Positions 1-10,082 of a DNA stretch of 64,000 nucleotides are shown piece after piece. Below the pieces are notes generated by a model that worked only from the letters and a program-made list of their open reading frames with translations, had not been told where the DNA came from and did not search any database. Every line of letters starts with the position of its first letter. The stretch's first letter is position 1. The stretch lies in contig CAXHAT010000008.1 in the NCBI GenBank assembly GCA_964014485.1, positions 1 through 64,000 of the forward strand. The letters run 5' to 3'. The translations under genes and the position numbers were made by a program. This stretch comes from an uncultured Deferribacteres bacterium. GTDB taxonomy: Bacteria; Zhuqueibacterota; Zhuqueibacteria; Zhuqueibacterales; Geothermadaptataceae.

Positions 1-10
1 GTCCCAACTC

Positions 11-3000
11 TTGCCCGGCACGTCGTTTCTCCGTATCAAAATTCACGATTCCGGGTTTTACAAATTGACTTATGATGCGCTGACAAACGCCGGATTTGAC
101 GCCGGGAGTCTTGATCCTGAAAACGTCCGGCTTTTTTATCACGATGCGGAAACGCCGCTTTTTTTTAACGGTGACGAGAACGAGCTTTTTGAGCAAGGCG
201 AAGAATTCTGGTTTTTCGGCGAACGTCTCACCGGCGAAAACGGTGACTGGTTCGACGATGAAACAGACGTCAATATTTACCACCTCATCGCGGGAGAAAC
301 GCCGGGCTTACGTTTCCGCGAACGCCTAGTCTCGGACAACTCACTGGCTCCGCATACGCAATATTTTTTGGAAACCCGGCATTTCGAAGAAGACAAAAGC
401 TACTACCACGGTGACGACGACGACGATATTTTCACCACGGAGAAAATCCCCGGTGAAGGCTGGGTTTGGACGCGTCTGCTTGGCGACCGCGATTTTACCA
501 CAACTTTGGTGTTGCCCAACGTTCGCGCCGATGCGCCGATGTGCAGCCTGCGAGCGCACGTACGCGGAATCACGAAAGATTCCGTGACGCCGAACCATCA
601 TGTGCAGATTTTTCTGAATCAAACCCTCGTCGCCGATTCGATTTTCGCTGACACGCAGGATATTGTTTTCCGAAAAGCTTTCCCCGCTTCGCTCATCCGC
701 AATGGCGCCAACGACCTGCGCGTTTTTTCGGTCGGCGACACGGACGCTCGTATTGATCAGATTTATTTTGATTGGGTGGAAATCGATTATTGGCGCGAGC
801 TGGTCGCGGCAGGCAGTCAGCTCAGATTCGGCGCGGCGTTAGATGAAACGGCGGAAATTGTTCGTTATCAAATTACCAATTTTCACCAGGACAACATTTT
901 CGTTTTTGATCTTGAAAACGGCGATGTTTTGCAAGGTTTTCAAACGACAGAGCTTGATCCGGAGCAATTTTTCATCACGTTCGCTGATTCGGCGCGCGAT
1001 AACCAACCGTTTTTCGCGCTCACTCCCGCCGCTTTGAAGGAGCCGCTATCGGTGGAGCTTGGGGAAACTTCTGACCTGCGCGAGAACGGGCGGCATGCGG
1101 ACATGATCATCATCAGTCACAATGATTTTCTTGCACAAGCGCAACGCCTCGCCGACCATCGGCGCGAATTCAACGGCATGACCGTCGAAGTGATCGAAGT
1201 GCAGGAAATTTACGACGCGTTTCGTTACAGCCTGCCTTCGTGGCGTGCGATCCGGGATTTTCTCACGCACGCATTTTACAACTGGCCGGCTCCAACGCCG
1301 CGATTCGTGGCGCTCTTCGGCGACGGGAGCTGGGATCCCAAAAATAACGCTCCGGGCAGTTTTAAAGAGAGCTTCATCCCGACTATCGGCAATCCTGTGA
1401 GCGACAACCGCTACGTCTGCGTTGACGGCCCGGATGATTTTTTGCCGGATATGTTTATTGGACGTATCGCCGTTGAAACCGAGGCGGAAGCGGCGGCGGT
1501 TGTCGATAAAATCATTGCCTATGAAACGATGCCGCTGCAAGGCTGGGCCAAGGATTTCGTCTTTCTCAACGGCGGCGTGGACGCTTTTGAGCAAAACTTA
1601 TTTTTCCGCTTGAGCGAGGAGCTCATCAATGATTTCGTTGACCCTGCGCCTTTGGCGGGAAGACCAATTCGAATTTATAAGCAAACCGAGGGGCGTTTTG
1701 CAGGCGAGCTTTTGCCGGAAATTCTCACCGCCATCGACGAAGGCGCGTTGATGATGACGTTTTCCGGGCACGCGGGTAGTCAAACCTGGGAATTAATGAT
1801 GGTTAACGAGGATATCCCGCGCCTGCAAAATACTGGAAAACTGCCGTTTATCGCCAGCATGACTTGTCACACGGCGCGCTTCGGCAACCCCGAACAAAAC
1901 AGTTTTGGTGAAGATTTTATGCGGCTGCCCGAGCGCGGATCGGTCGCGTTTTGGGGCACGTCGGGTTGGGGATTTGTGTTTCAAGACGGCGTCTTGCTCG
2001 AAGGTTTGTTCCAGGCGCTGGCGCAGGATTCCGTGCGCGCCGTCGGCGAAGCAGTGACGCGCGCAAAGTATCACCTCTGGGAGCGCTACGGCGATTTTGC
2101 CAATAATATTAACATTATTGACCAGTACACTTTGCTCGGCGATCCGGCGCTGACTTTGGCGCTGCCGACCAAGCCTGACTTATCGCTCAAAACAAGCGGA
2201 ATCCGCTTTGATCCGGCAACGCCGTCGGAGCGCGATTCGGTGGTTGTCGTTGAAATTGCTGTGCGCAATCGCGGTTTGGCAACGACGGATTCGACGACGC
2301 TCGATTTGAGCGCGCAATCGCTGGGCGGGGGCGAGGCGTTTGCCCAATCACTACGGCTGGGAGAAATTGGCAATGCCGACACGGTGCGTTTCGATTGGCG
2401 CGGGACGGCGCGCAAGGGTGAGTTTGTTGTAGAAGCGAATATCGACGCGGAGGGTGACATTAATGAAGTCGACGAACTAAACAATCGTGCGCAAAATTCG
2501 GTGTACTTTTACTCGGCATCGCTCTCCGCTGCTACGCCGCGTGAGATGGACGTGCTGGAAATTGCGCAGCCGATTTTGAGCATCCACAATCCCGAAGTGA
2601 GCGGCGGCGTAAGGAATTATCTTTTTGAACTAGACTCGACGGAGACATTTGACAGCGCATTTCTCTTGCAATCCGAAGAAATTCCGGAGCAGCCGGTGCG
2701 TACGAGTTGGCAGGTTCCGCTAACGCTTGCGGACGGGCGTTATTTTTGGCGCAGCCGTTTGTTGGAAGACGGCAATCTCGGCGTTTGGCAAGCGAGTTCG
2801 TTTCACGTCGATGCGTCGCGGAGCGAGTTCGGATTTTTGCAAACCGACGTCGATTGGCGGCTCGCGGCCGGTGATTTTCAAAGCAATAAAAACGGCGTTT
2901 CCTTGCCGCGAGACGCTGAGAAAACGCTCATTCTGCAGGTACACTCCGGCGGCTTTTTCGACCAAAGCCGCTGCGATTTAATCATCAATGGCGAAGTTCA

Positions 3001-4768
3001 AAATTCAGCGAGTCGCGGGCACAATTTGCTCATGCTTGATCCCGCAACGCAGGAAATCATCGTGCCGCCAACCGCATTCGATACTTTTTTATCAACCGCT
3101 TCAGCGGACAGTCTGGCGGCTGTGCTTGAAAGCGCTCCGGACGGTGCTTTGTTGATGATAGGCATTCGTGATGAAGGGAGCGCGAACATGACTGAGCGCG
3201 CTTACTCGGCCTTGGAGAAGTTCGGCAGCGATAAAACGCGCGAAGTTGGTCTGCGTGATTCCTGGGCGATGATTGGCGTGAAAGGTTTTGAAATTGGTCA
3301 GGCGGCGGAAGTTTATAAACCGTCGAAAACCGGGCTGGCGTTTGCTTCCGATACGTTGGCGCCCTTTATGGAAACCGGCGTTGTACACTCGCCGCCAATT
3401 GGCCCGGCGCATATTTGGAAGAATGTGAGTTTTGAAAAAGACGTTTTGGATATTTTTCATAACCCCAAAACAGCGGCTCCTGAAGTCATTCCCGCGCAGG
3501 CGGGAATCCAAAGTATGCGCCGCCGTCTGGATTCCCGCCTGCGCGGGAATGACGCTGGTGAGAAGATGCAATTTGATGAGGGAAAGGAAAACTTGAGCAT
3601 CTCCGTTTCCGGCAAGAAAAGCCCCAACGATCCCTGGACGGTTTTAAAGAATGATCTCACACAAGGGAATGACCTTTCTGAAATCGATGCACAAGAATTC
3701 CCGTTTTTGCGGCTTTCAGCGTTAATGAATTCACCCGACGGGCTGATCTCCCCTCTTCTGAAAAACTGGCGTGTGAATTATGAGCCTGTGGGCGATTTGG
3801 CGCTGAGCAATCAATTCATTGAGCTTTCCGCTGACACGCTGAACCCCGGCGAAAAACTCCAAATCGAAGCAAAGCTTTTTGCTTTCGACGCCTGGTTGCC
3901 GGATTCGGTTTCAATATCGCTGAGTGTGGCGAAAAACGGAGGAAATGAGGTTGAAATTGTCGGGCAAAAACGAGTCGCTGTAGCGCCGGATGACATTTCA
4001 GCCATTACCTTTGATTGGCGGAGCAACGAGGCGGGCGTTTTTGATTTTGCGCTGGAAATTGACCCGGACAACGAGCTGACGGATTCGTATGCTTTCAATG
4101 ACCGCGTCTCATTTTCGATCCATGTGCTGGCGGACATTGCCGCGCCGGAACTTGAGATCACTTTCGACGGGCGCATGGCGATTGACGGCGGTTTGGTCTC
4201 GGACAAGCCGGAAATCATCTGCGCCGTCTTTGATGATCATCCGGCGATTTTGGAAGATACGTCTGAAGTGAGCGTTTTTATCGATGAGCAGCGCGTCGAT
4301 TTTGCCGATCCCGATTTGAATTTTCAACTAAAACGCTTTCAACAAGAAAACAAAAAGGCGGAGATTGTGATGGCGCCGACTCTCGAGCCCGGACAACATT
4401 CGATCACGTTTTTGGTGAATGATCCGGCGGGCAATCGTGCGCTAAAAACGGCGTTCGTGGAGGTGGCGAAGGATTTGGAATTGCGTGAAGTATTGAATTA
4501 CCCAAACCCTTTTGCACAGGAAACACATTTCACTTTTACGCTCACGCGCCCGGCTGAATTCATGGAAATCAAGATTTACACGGTTGCGGGCAGGCTCATT
4601 CGCGTTTTACAGGATTTCGAGTTTGGCGTTGGCTATAATCAAATCTTCTGGGACGGTCGCGACGCCGACGGCGATGGATTGGCGAACGGGGTTTATTTGT
4701 ACAAAATCATCGCAAGGCATGGAGATGAAGTTGTCGAGCAGGTAGAGAAATTGGCGGTAGCCAGATAA
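11..4768 (+). CDS. C25 (gingipain/PorU-like) cysteine peptidase with CARDB/Ig, ILEI-like domain and C-terminal T9SS/FlgD-Ig sorting domain; probably 5'-truncated by window edge
   Basis: C25 motifs LFGDGSWD, SDNRY, PDMFIGRI, FSGHAG (His), SMTCHT (Cys), YTLLGDP; ILEI-like RGHN..DEG..RDSWAMIG; C-terminal NYPNPF..IYTVAGRLIR..WDGRDADGDGLANGVYLY; frame is open to the window start. Confidence 0.88.
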   Translation: MPGTSFLRIKIHDSGFYKLTYDALTNAGFDAGSLDPENVRLFYHDAETPLFFNGDENELFEQGEEFWFFGERLTGENGDWFDDETDVNIYHLIAGETPGLRFRERLVSDNSLAPHTQYFLETRHFEEDKSYYHGDDDDDIFTTEKIPGEGWVWTRLLGDRDFTTTLVLPNVRADAPMCSLRAHVRGITKDSVTPNHHVQIFLNQTLVADSIFADTQDIVFRKAFPASLIRNGANDLRVFSVGDTDARIDQIYFDWVEIDYWRELVAAGSQLRFGAALDETAEIVRYQITNFHQDNIFVFDLENGDVLQGFQTTELDPEQFFITFADSARDNQPFFALTPAALKEPLSVELGETSDLRENGRHADMIIISHNDFLAQAQRLADHRREFNGMTVEVIEVQEIYDAFRYSLPSWRAIRDFLTHAFYNWPAPTPRFVALFGDGSWDPKNNAPGSFKESFIPTIGNPVSDNRYVCVDGPDDFLPDMFIGRIAVETEAEAAAVVDKIIAYETMPLQGWAKDFVFLNGGVDAFEQNLFFRLSEELINDFVDPAPLAGRPIRIYKQTEGRFAGELLPEILTAIDEGALMMTFSGHAGSQTWELMMVNEDIPRLQNTGKLPFIASMTCHTARFGNPEQNSFGEDFMRLPERGSVAFWGTSGWGFVFQDGVLLEGLFQALAQDSVRAVGEAVTRAKYHLWERYGDFANNINIIDQYTLLGDPALTLALPTKPDLSLKTSGIRFDPATPSERDSVVVVEIAVRNRGLATTDSTTLDLSAQSLGGGEAFAQSLRLGEIGNADTVRFDWRGTARKGEFVVEANIDAEGDINEVDELNNRAQNSVYFYSASLSAATPREMDVLEIAQPILSIHNPEVSGGVRNYLFELDSTETFDSAFLLQSEEIPEQPVRTSWQVPLTLADGRYFWRSRLLEDGNLGVWQASSFHVDASRSEFGFLQTDVDWRLAAGDFQSNKNGVSLPRDAEKTLILQVHSGGFFDQSRCDLIINGEVQNSASRGHNLLMLDPATQEIIVPPTAFDTFLSTASADSLAAVLESAPDGALLMIGIRDEGSANMTERAYSALEKFGSDKTREVGLRDSWAMIGVKGFEIGQAAEVYKPSKTGLAFASDTLAPFMETGVVHSPPIGPAHIWKNVSFEKDVLDIFHNPKTAAPEVIPAQAGIQSMRRRLDSRLRGNDAGEKMQFDEGKENLSISVSGKKSPNDPWTVLKNDLTQGNDLSEIDAQEFPFLRLSALMNSPDGLISPLLKNWRVNYEPVGDLALSNQFIELSADTLNPGEKLQIEAKLFAFDAWLPDSVSISLSVAKNGGNEVEIVGQKRVAVAPDDISAITFDWRSNEAGVFDFALEIDPDNELTDSYAFNDRVSFSIHVLADIAAPELEITFDGRMAIDGGLVSDKPEIICAVFDDHPAILEDTSEVSVFIDEQRVDFADPDLNFQLKRFQQENKKAEIVMAPTLEPGQHSITFLVNDPAGNRALKTAFVEVAKDLELREVLNYPNPFAQETHFTFTLTRPAEFMEIKIYTVAGRLIRVLQDFEFGVGYNQIFWDGRDADGDGLANGVYLYKIIARHGDEVVEQVEKLAVAR
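3485..3553. repeat. 69-bp palindromic element (dRS3-like doublet) inserted in-frame in the C25 gene
   Basis: Perfect 26-bp inverted repeat gtcattcccgcgcaggcgggaatcca / tggattcccgcctgcgcgggaatgac with 17-nt spacer; each arm contains ATTCCC-N8-GGGAAT; translated VIPAQAGIQSMRRRLDSRLRGND. Confidence 0.93.
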
Positions 4769-4783
4769 GTTTTGAGAAAAGCT

Positions 4784-5200
4784 ATGGAAACCAAAAACAT
4801 TGTCTACAAACACGAGAAGCCCGATCCACAACAATATATGAAATTGTTCGAAACGACGGGGTGGAACAAGAAGTACGGAGCAAATCTTCGAGAGCTGACG
4901 CGAGCGTTGGAGAATAGCTGGTGCGTGGTTGCGGCTTACGACGACGAGCTGCTGACGGGGATAGGAAGAGTTGTGTCGGACGGCGTACTTTACGCGATGA
5001 TCTATGACATGATCGTCTTGCCGGATTATCAGAATCAGGGGATCGGCGCAAGGATTTTGAAAATGTTAGTTGAACGTTGCGAGTCGGCGGGAATGCGGGA
5101 TATTCAGCTCTTTTCAGCGAAAGGAAAGGCCGCGTTTTATCACAAACGCGGCTTTAAAGCGCGCCCGGATGATGGACCGGGCATGAGTTTGGTCAGTTAA
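4784..5200 (+). CDS. GNAT family N-acetyltransferase
   Basis: IGRVVSDG..AMIYDMIVLPDYQNQGIG acetyl-CoA motif A; FYHKRGF. Confidence 0.9.
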   Translation: METKNIVYKHEKPDPQQYMKLFETTGWNKKYGANLRELTRALENSWCVVAAYDDELLTGIGRVVSDGVLYAMIYDMIVLPDYQNQGIGARILKMLVERCESAGMRDIQLFSAKGKAAFYHKRGFKARPDDGPGMSLVS

Positions 5201-5218
5201 TCGCCAGAGCTTCGAAAA

Positions 5219-7108
5219 CTATCGAATGGTGATCACCATCGAATTGTTAACACGGCGAACCGAAGCGACGCCTTCGCGGGTTAGGTCGAAAACGACGCGG
5301 GTGTAGTTTTCTCCCGGATGGTAACCAGCGCGAGCGCGGATCACGGCGCCTCGATTAATCTCGTAGTTTCTTTGCGCCGTCAAATTATACAATCCCGGGA
5401 ATTCAATGATGAATTTATTGGTCAGGCCGTATTCTTTGATTTCGTACTTGCCCTCGACAACGCCGTTGAAAACAATGGCAAACGTCGTGTCGTTGACGGC
5501 TTGAATTGTTTCAACGCCTGAGCCGGGAATATCTTCGGCGGCGTAGTCGCTGTCCAGAAAAATGAAATCAACACGGCGATTCAACGCTTGGCCTGCAGGG
5601 GTGGAATTGTCGGCTATCGGTTTCGTTTTACCGTAAGGGATGAGCTTCAAGAAACGCCCGTCTGAAACGTCCCCGCGATCGACGAGAAATTCTTTCACGC
5701 TTTGCAATCTGCGCATTGAAAGCCGCCAGTTATACTCGTGCGTACCGATGGCGTCTGTGTGACCCGTTAGCAAAAGTTTTGAATCGGGTAATTCATTAAG
5801 AATCTCCGCGACTTTTGACATTGTGCCAAAATCTGTAGGACGAATATCGGATTTATCAAACGCGAAATTTATTCTCAAACGCAAGGTGTCAACAGTGGTG
5901 CCGTCTTTGTCTGGGATGATCTCAATTTTACCAGCGGAAGTAAGCGCGATTTGCTTGATGCGCTCAAGGCGTGAGGCCATCTCTTCTTCCAGTTGCCGCG
6001 TTCTGGATTGCGCGTTTTCGAGATCTTTCATTGCGTTTCTCAATGAATCGAGCAGCGCGGGCGGCATTCCCGGGCCTGCAACTTGTCGTTCCGGAAAGTC
6101 GAGGCCGAAAGTAAAGGCGAGCGTAAAGCGATGCGCCGCACCGCTGAAATTGTCCAGCGGTGAAAAAGCGTAGTCTATGTCAAGGCTAGATTTCGCGAGG
6201 CGTTTGGTCGGTACGTTTAATCCGAAACCGGCGGCCCATCGCGTGGCTTCCGTATCGTGGAATTTGTAGCCGCCGCGTAAAGACAAAACTTCGGAAATTT
6301 TGAGTTCGCCGCCCGCATAATAGCGTAAATCCTGTTCATTGCGTATTTTCATTACGTCGCCGGTTAGCGTCAACGCAAGTTGACCAGTGGTTGGGAGCGT
6401 GAATGCAACGCCGCCCCGAATGGCTTCCGGCAAGGATTCTTCCGTATTGACGAAGCTCATCTTTTTGAGAGTGAAGTTTTGGTAGGTTGCTCCTACGGAC
6501 ACGGGGCCGTTCCAATAGAGCAATCCGCCGTCGGCGCCGACGCCGGTTGCTTCATTGCTGTCGCCGCCGAGATGCTGCCGGATAACTTTCGCGCCCCCGC
6601 CGACGGAGAAATTGTGTTTGTTAAACGTAAACCGCCTGCCGATTCCAAAAGTCAACATAGCGTCGTAGCTGCGCAAAATCCTGCCTGTTTCGCCAAAATC
6701 CTGGTTAAGTTCGACGAGCTTTCCTTCGTCAAAAACGGTTAGACCGCCGCCGAAGGCGAAACCGAAAAGAATTTGCGGGAAAGCGATTTCAACGTCCATT
6801 TGCCCGGTTGATTCGATCCAGCTTTGCCCGTTGAGCGCGGCAATGCCCTTGTGAATTCTGCCGAGCCCGGCGATGTTGTAGCGCAACAAATTGTAGTTGT
6901 CGGCAAGTCCGGTGAAAGCTTCGCCCATCGCCACTTGACGGGCTTGGGGATTAATGCGCAGGAAGGCGGACGAGAATTGCCCGACGCCTTGTGCAAAAAG
7001 ACTTTGCGCGGATCCAAGGAGCGCAAAAAATATGACGACGTGGAAAAATGCGGTACGTGCAAAACGCCGACATGCCGACGTTCCAATCCTGGATGGACGG
7101 TAAGGCAT
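5219..7108 (-). CDS. PorV/PorQ-family beta-barrel fused to coiled coil, OmpA-like peptidoglycan-binding domain and AMIN-like domain
   Basis: AFLRINPQARQVAMGEAFTGLADN..YNIAGL (PorV N-terminus), LSLRGGY, IDYAF; OmpA INFAFDKSDI..GHTDAIG..YNWRLSMRR..NRRVDF; C-terminal RAGYHPGENYTRVVFDL; start placed at ATG 7108 to avoid overlap with the upstream gene. Confidence 0.8.
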   Translation of the reverse strand: MPYRPSRIGTSACRRFARTAFFHVVIFFALLGSAQSLFAQGVGQFSSAFLRINPQARQVAMGEAFTGLADNYNLLRYNIAGLGRIHKGIAALNGQSWIESTGQMDVEIAFPQILFGFAFGGGLTVFDEGKLVELNQDFGETGRILRSYDAMLTFGIGRRFTFNKHNFSVGGGAKVIRQHLGGDSNEATGVGADGGLLYWNGPVSVGATYQNFTLKKMSFVNTEESLPEAIRGGVAFTLPTTGQLALTLTGDVMKIRNEQDLRYYAGGELKISEVLSLRGGYKFHDTEATRWAAGFGLNVPTKRLAKSSLDIDYAFSPLDNFSGAAHRFTLAFTFGLDFPERQVAGPGMPPALLDSLRNAMKDLENAQSRTRQLEEEMASRLERIKQIALTSAGKIEIIPDKDGTTVDTLRLRINFAFDKSDIRPTDFGTMSKVAEILNELPDSKLLLTGHTDAIGTHEYNWRLSMRRLQSVKEFLVDRGDVSDGRFLKLIPYGKTKPIADNSTPAGQALNRRVDFIFLDSDYAAEDIPGSGVETIQAVNDTTFAIVFNGVVEGKYEIKEYGLTNKFIIEFPGLYNLTAQRNYEINRGAVIRARAGYHPGENYTRVVFDLTREGVASVRRVNNSMVITIR

Positions 7109-7118
7109 AAATCGCTCT

Positions 7119-10082
7119 CTATTGATGAATGATGATAAATTTTCGAATGATGGAACGTTCTTGAGCGGCGGCGACGCCGTCATTGAAACTGACGACGCAT
7201 CTTGCCCAATATGTGCCGCTGGCCGCGACGGCGCCATTGTCCGTGAGCAAATCCCACCATGCGCCGCGGCTATCCACGAATCGATTTCGTTCAACCGTTT
7301 GTGTAATGTTGATTTGGTTACTGGAAACTGTGCGGATTTTTTCTCCGGCCAGATTGAAAATTTCGACCCGCTGTAAGGCGACCGAACCTGCTCCGGCGAG
7401 TATGCGCATGCGAAAGTCATTACCGCCGTTGGTTCGAAAGGGATTTGGCGCAAAAAGAATATCAAAAGCGCCTTCTACCGGAACCGTGATGGTGTCCGGT
7501 TCGACGCGTCGAGACAGCGAGAGCACAACTGGCCCGTCAACATATTCCGCGCCGATGAAATTGCCGGGACGCGTCTGCATCACGCCGTCGTTCGGTGTGC
7601 TTACGGAAATATTCACCAGAGAAATTCCGCTCTGAGATAAAAACTCTCCAGATGAAAAATCCGTTCCGCCAGGGGTGGGCAGCTCAAGAAGCATGACGTC
7701 TTCGCGATCATTGGTATCGTTATCAAAAAGTGTGGCAAAAATGGTGTCTTGCGCGGCGGAAAGGTCGTGATCTCGTTCTTCCGCAACGCGCAAGAATAGT
7801 GTGTCTTGAAAGGCGATAAAGCTCGAATCCGGTATAACGCCGACGCGCGTTTCCATGGTCAAAATGCCGGCCGTGAATTCCGTAACGGTCAATGTGTCTG
7901 AAGCAACATCAGTCGCGTTCGTTGGATCGACGTAGCGCACAACCAGGACGTCTCGATCGCGCACTTCCATGAGGTTGTTTTGCGGATTGGGAGCATTGCC
8001 GACGGGCCAAATTACTGCCTCCATTCCCGTGAGCATTTCGTAGCTGCCGTTTTGCTGCAATTCGAGCGTGACAGTCTCAGAGTCCTGACTAGCTAACGAA
8101 AATACAATCGCCTGGGCGGTAGACAATACCGGGTTGAGATTGCCGTCTTCAAGGGAAACGAAGAAAACGCCCCGGTTTTGCGCCGGTTCGTCCAACTGAA
8201 CTGTACGCACCGAGTTGATCGGCATGTCGAAGGCGTCGACGAATTGAATTTCGGCGGTATCGTCAGGTGCGGTTTGCCAGGAGATTTGCCAATCGTCCAG
8301 GGCAGGCGAGGCTGAGGTGTTGTTGGTGATCAAAGTTGCTTGCAGACGAATTTTTTGTATGGTTCTTAACTCGTCAATGTCTGAGAGATCGAAGGTGTTG
8401 AGCGGCGTGCCGGGGTTTGCCAAAAAACGCCGCAGTACAGGCAAGGAATCGACTTCGGCATTTAAAATTGCGACTTCCATCGCGATTTCGTCGCGGACTT
8501 GCAAGTCCAACGGGAGAACTGAATTGAAAACCAATTCATCCCAGGTTGTAATAATGTTGCCTGTCGTGTCGGCGATTTCTTCAGACGTAAAAATCCCTGT
8601 CGTATCTGTACTGAAAAAACGATAGCTAATTGTGATTTGAGAAACATTGGGGATGCGCAGAGGATCATCCGATTGAAAAATCGCCCTGACTTGATAAAAT
8701 CGATTGCCGTCAAGGAGTTGGTTGACGTCCTGGCCGACGGCGGTATGCGTTGTGTCAACGTCATTGGGGCCTCGCCACTGCGCCGCGCCAATTTCCCCCA
8801 AAGAATTCCCGGTGCGTACCTGGAAATTTACTTTTGTTCCCGGCGGCTCGTCCGCTTCCCAGTTCAACTTAAGGAAATCGACCTGTCTGCCAAGATCAAA
8901 AGTCTGGGCGCTGACGATGTCGTTTTCCACTCTATAGCTTAATCGAAGAACGCTTTGTTCGCTGACGACAACGGTTTTGTCTTCGTCTTCGGCATGGTTT
9001 TGAATACGTTGAACAGCTTCAAGCCCGTTTAATTCCCCCAAAAATTCCCAGGTAATTTCATTGGCGTTATTGACCTGAAACACGCGACGATTACCGGAAT
9101 CGGCGATAAGAATGTCGCCGTTATCCAAATAATCGGCGTCGACCGGAGTGTTCAGCGACAAGTTGTCCGACCCAGGAACGCCGGTAGTACCGAATTGGCG
9201 AACCAATGTGTTGTTGTCAGGATCGATCAAAAGGACGCGGTGGTTGTCTCTGTCTGTAACCAAGATGCCTTCGGGCGTCCATTCAATGTCTACCGGACGA
9301 TTAAAGGTTCCATAAGTCGCGTCGCCGTCATAAATGCGAACGGTTTGCAAGGTGGCTTTATCCACTCGAACCAAGCGATCATTGTCAGTATCGCAAATCA
9401 AAATATCGCCTGCCCCGGGGATAGCCAGCGCCGCTGAAGGACGATTGAGTGTTTCAAGTCCTGCGACCGTTGTGTCCGGATAGATCCATTCAACAAAGCC
9501 GGGGCCGCTCAATTCATCGAAAATGACGATGCGCTCCCTACCTTGATCCGTCAGCATAAATTTAACTTTGTTTAAAACGCCTGGATCGACGCTGTTACCG
9601 TCAAACGCATAGGCTGAGTCGGCAACGAACGCGAAAACCGAAATGGGACGCTCGATTTGAAGAGAATCAGGATCGGGCTTAAATTCGGTTGGAAATCTTC
9701 CTGCTCTGTCGACGAACAGGATTTGGCCGTTGAAGGCGTCCGTAATAATATATCGGCCTTCTTCTAACGGGTGCAGCGCAATATTATTGACGTTTTGGGA
9801 AAGCTGTCTGTCAAATGCAAAGGTCGGATCGATGCCGCTTGGAAATAACTGGAACCCGGCGGCTTCTCGTGAACTGTCAACATTAAAATTCAATATGACG
9901 ATGTCATCGATTGTGACCGCTCGCGTCAAAGTATCCGTCGCGAATTTCGCGAATGTGGGCTTGCCGTCAACGAACGAACCGGAGGATTGTGCGGCGGCGA
10001 TTGACGCCAAAAAGAGAGAAAAAATAATCTGGGAAATAAAAAAAAGCGGGGAGTCCCCCGTACATTTCTTCCACATAATCAT
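7119..10082 (-). CDS. Large secreted NHL-repeat/beta-propeller protein with Ig-like modules and C-terminal T9SS-like sorting domain
   Basis: Signal peptide; NHL repeats LNRPSAA..ILICDTDNDRL, FNRPVDI..ILVTDRDNHRV, LNTPVDA..ILIADSGNRRV; C-terminal APNPF..IFNLAGEKIR..WDLLTDNG..AASGTY..RKFIII. Confidence 0.78.
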   Translation of the reverse strand: MIMWKKCTGDSPLFFISQIIFSLFLASIAAAQSSGSFVDGKPTFAKFATDTLTRAVTIDDIVILNFNVDSSREAAGFQLFPSGIDPTFAFDRQLSQNVNNIALHPLEEGRYIITDAFNGQILFVDRAGRFPTEFKPDPDSLQIERPISVFAFVADSAYAFDGNSVDPGVLNKVKFMLTDQGRERIVIFDELSGPGFVEWIYPDTTVAGLETLNRPSAALAIPGAGDILICDTDNDRLVRVDKATLQTVRIYDGDATYGTFNRPVDIEWTPEGILVTDRDNHRVLLIDPDNNTLVRQFGTTGVPGSDNLSLNTPVDADYLDNGDILIADSGNRRVFQVNNANEITWEFLGELNGLEAVQRIQNHAEDEDKTVVVSEQSVLRLSYRVENDIVSAQTFDLGRQVDFLKLNWEADEPPGTKVNFQVRTGNSLGEIGAAQWRGPNDVDTTHTAVGQDVNQLLDGNRFYQVRAIFQSDDPLRIPNVSQITISYRFFSTDTTGIFTSEEIADTTGNIITTWDELVFNSVLPLDLQVRDEIAMEVAILNAEVDSLPVLRRFLANPGTPLNTFDLSDIDELRTIQKIRLQATLITNNTSASPALDDWQISWQTAPDDTAEIQFVDAFDMPINSVRTVQLDEPAQNRGVFFVSLEDGNLNPVLSTAQAIVFSLASQDSETVTLELQQNGSYEMLTGMEAVIWPVGNAPNPQNNLMEVRDRDVLVVRYVDPTNATDVASDTLTVTEFTAGILTMETRVGVIPDSSFIAFQDTLFLRVAEERDHDLSAAQDTIFATLFDNDTNDREDVMLLELPTPGGTDFSSGEFLSQSGISLVNISVSTPNDGVMQTRPGNFIGAEYVDGPVVLSLSRRVEPDTITVPVEGAFDILFAPNPFRTNGGNDFRMRILAGAGSVALQRVEIFNLAGEKIRTVSSNQINITQTVERNRFVDSRGAWWDLLTDNGAVAASGTYWARCVVSFNDGVAAAQERSIIRKFIIIHQ

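Noticed and set aside
7109..7465. 119-aa N-terminal extension of the PorV-OmpA ORF in the track
   Set aside because: Overlaps the 3' end of the upstream NHL gene in another frame; the signal peptide and PorV motif start after ATG 7108.
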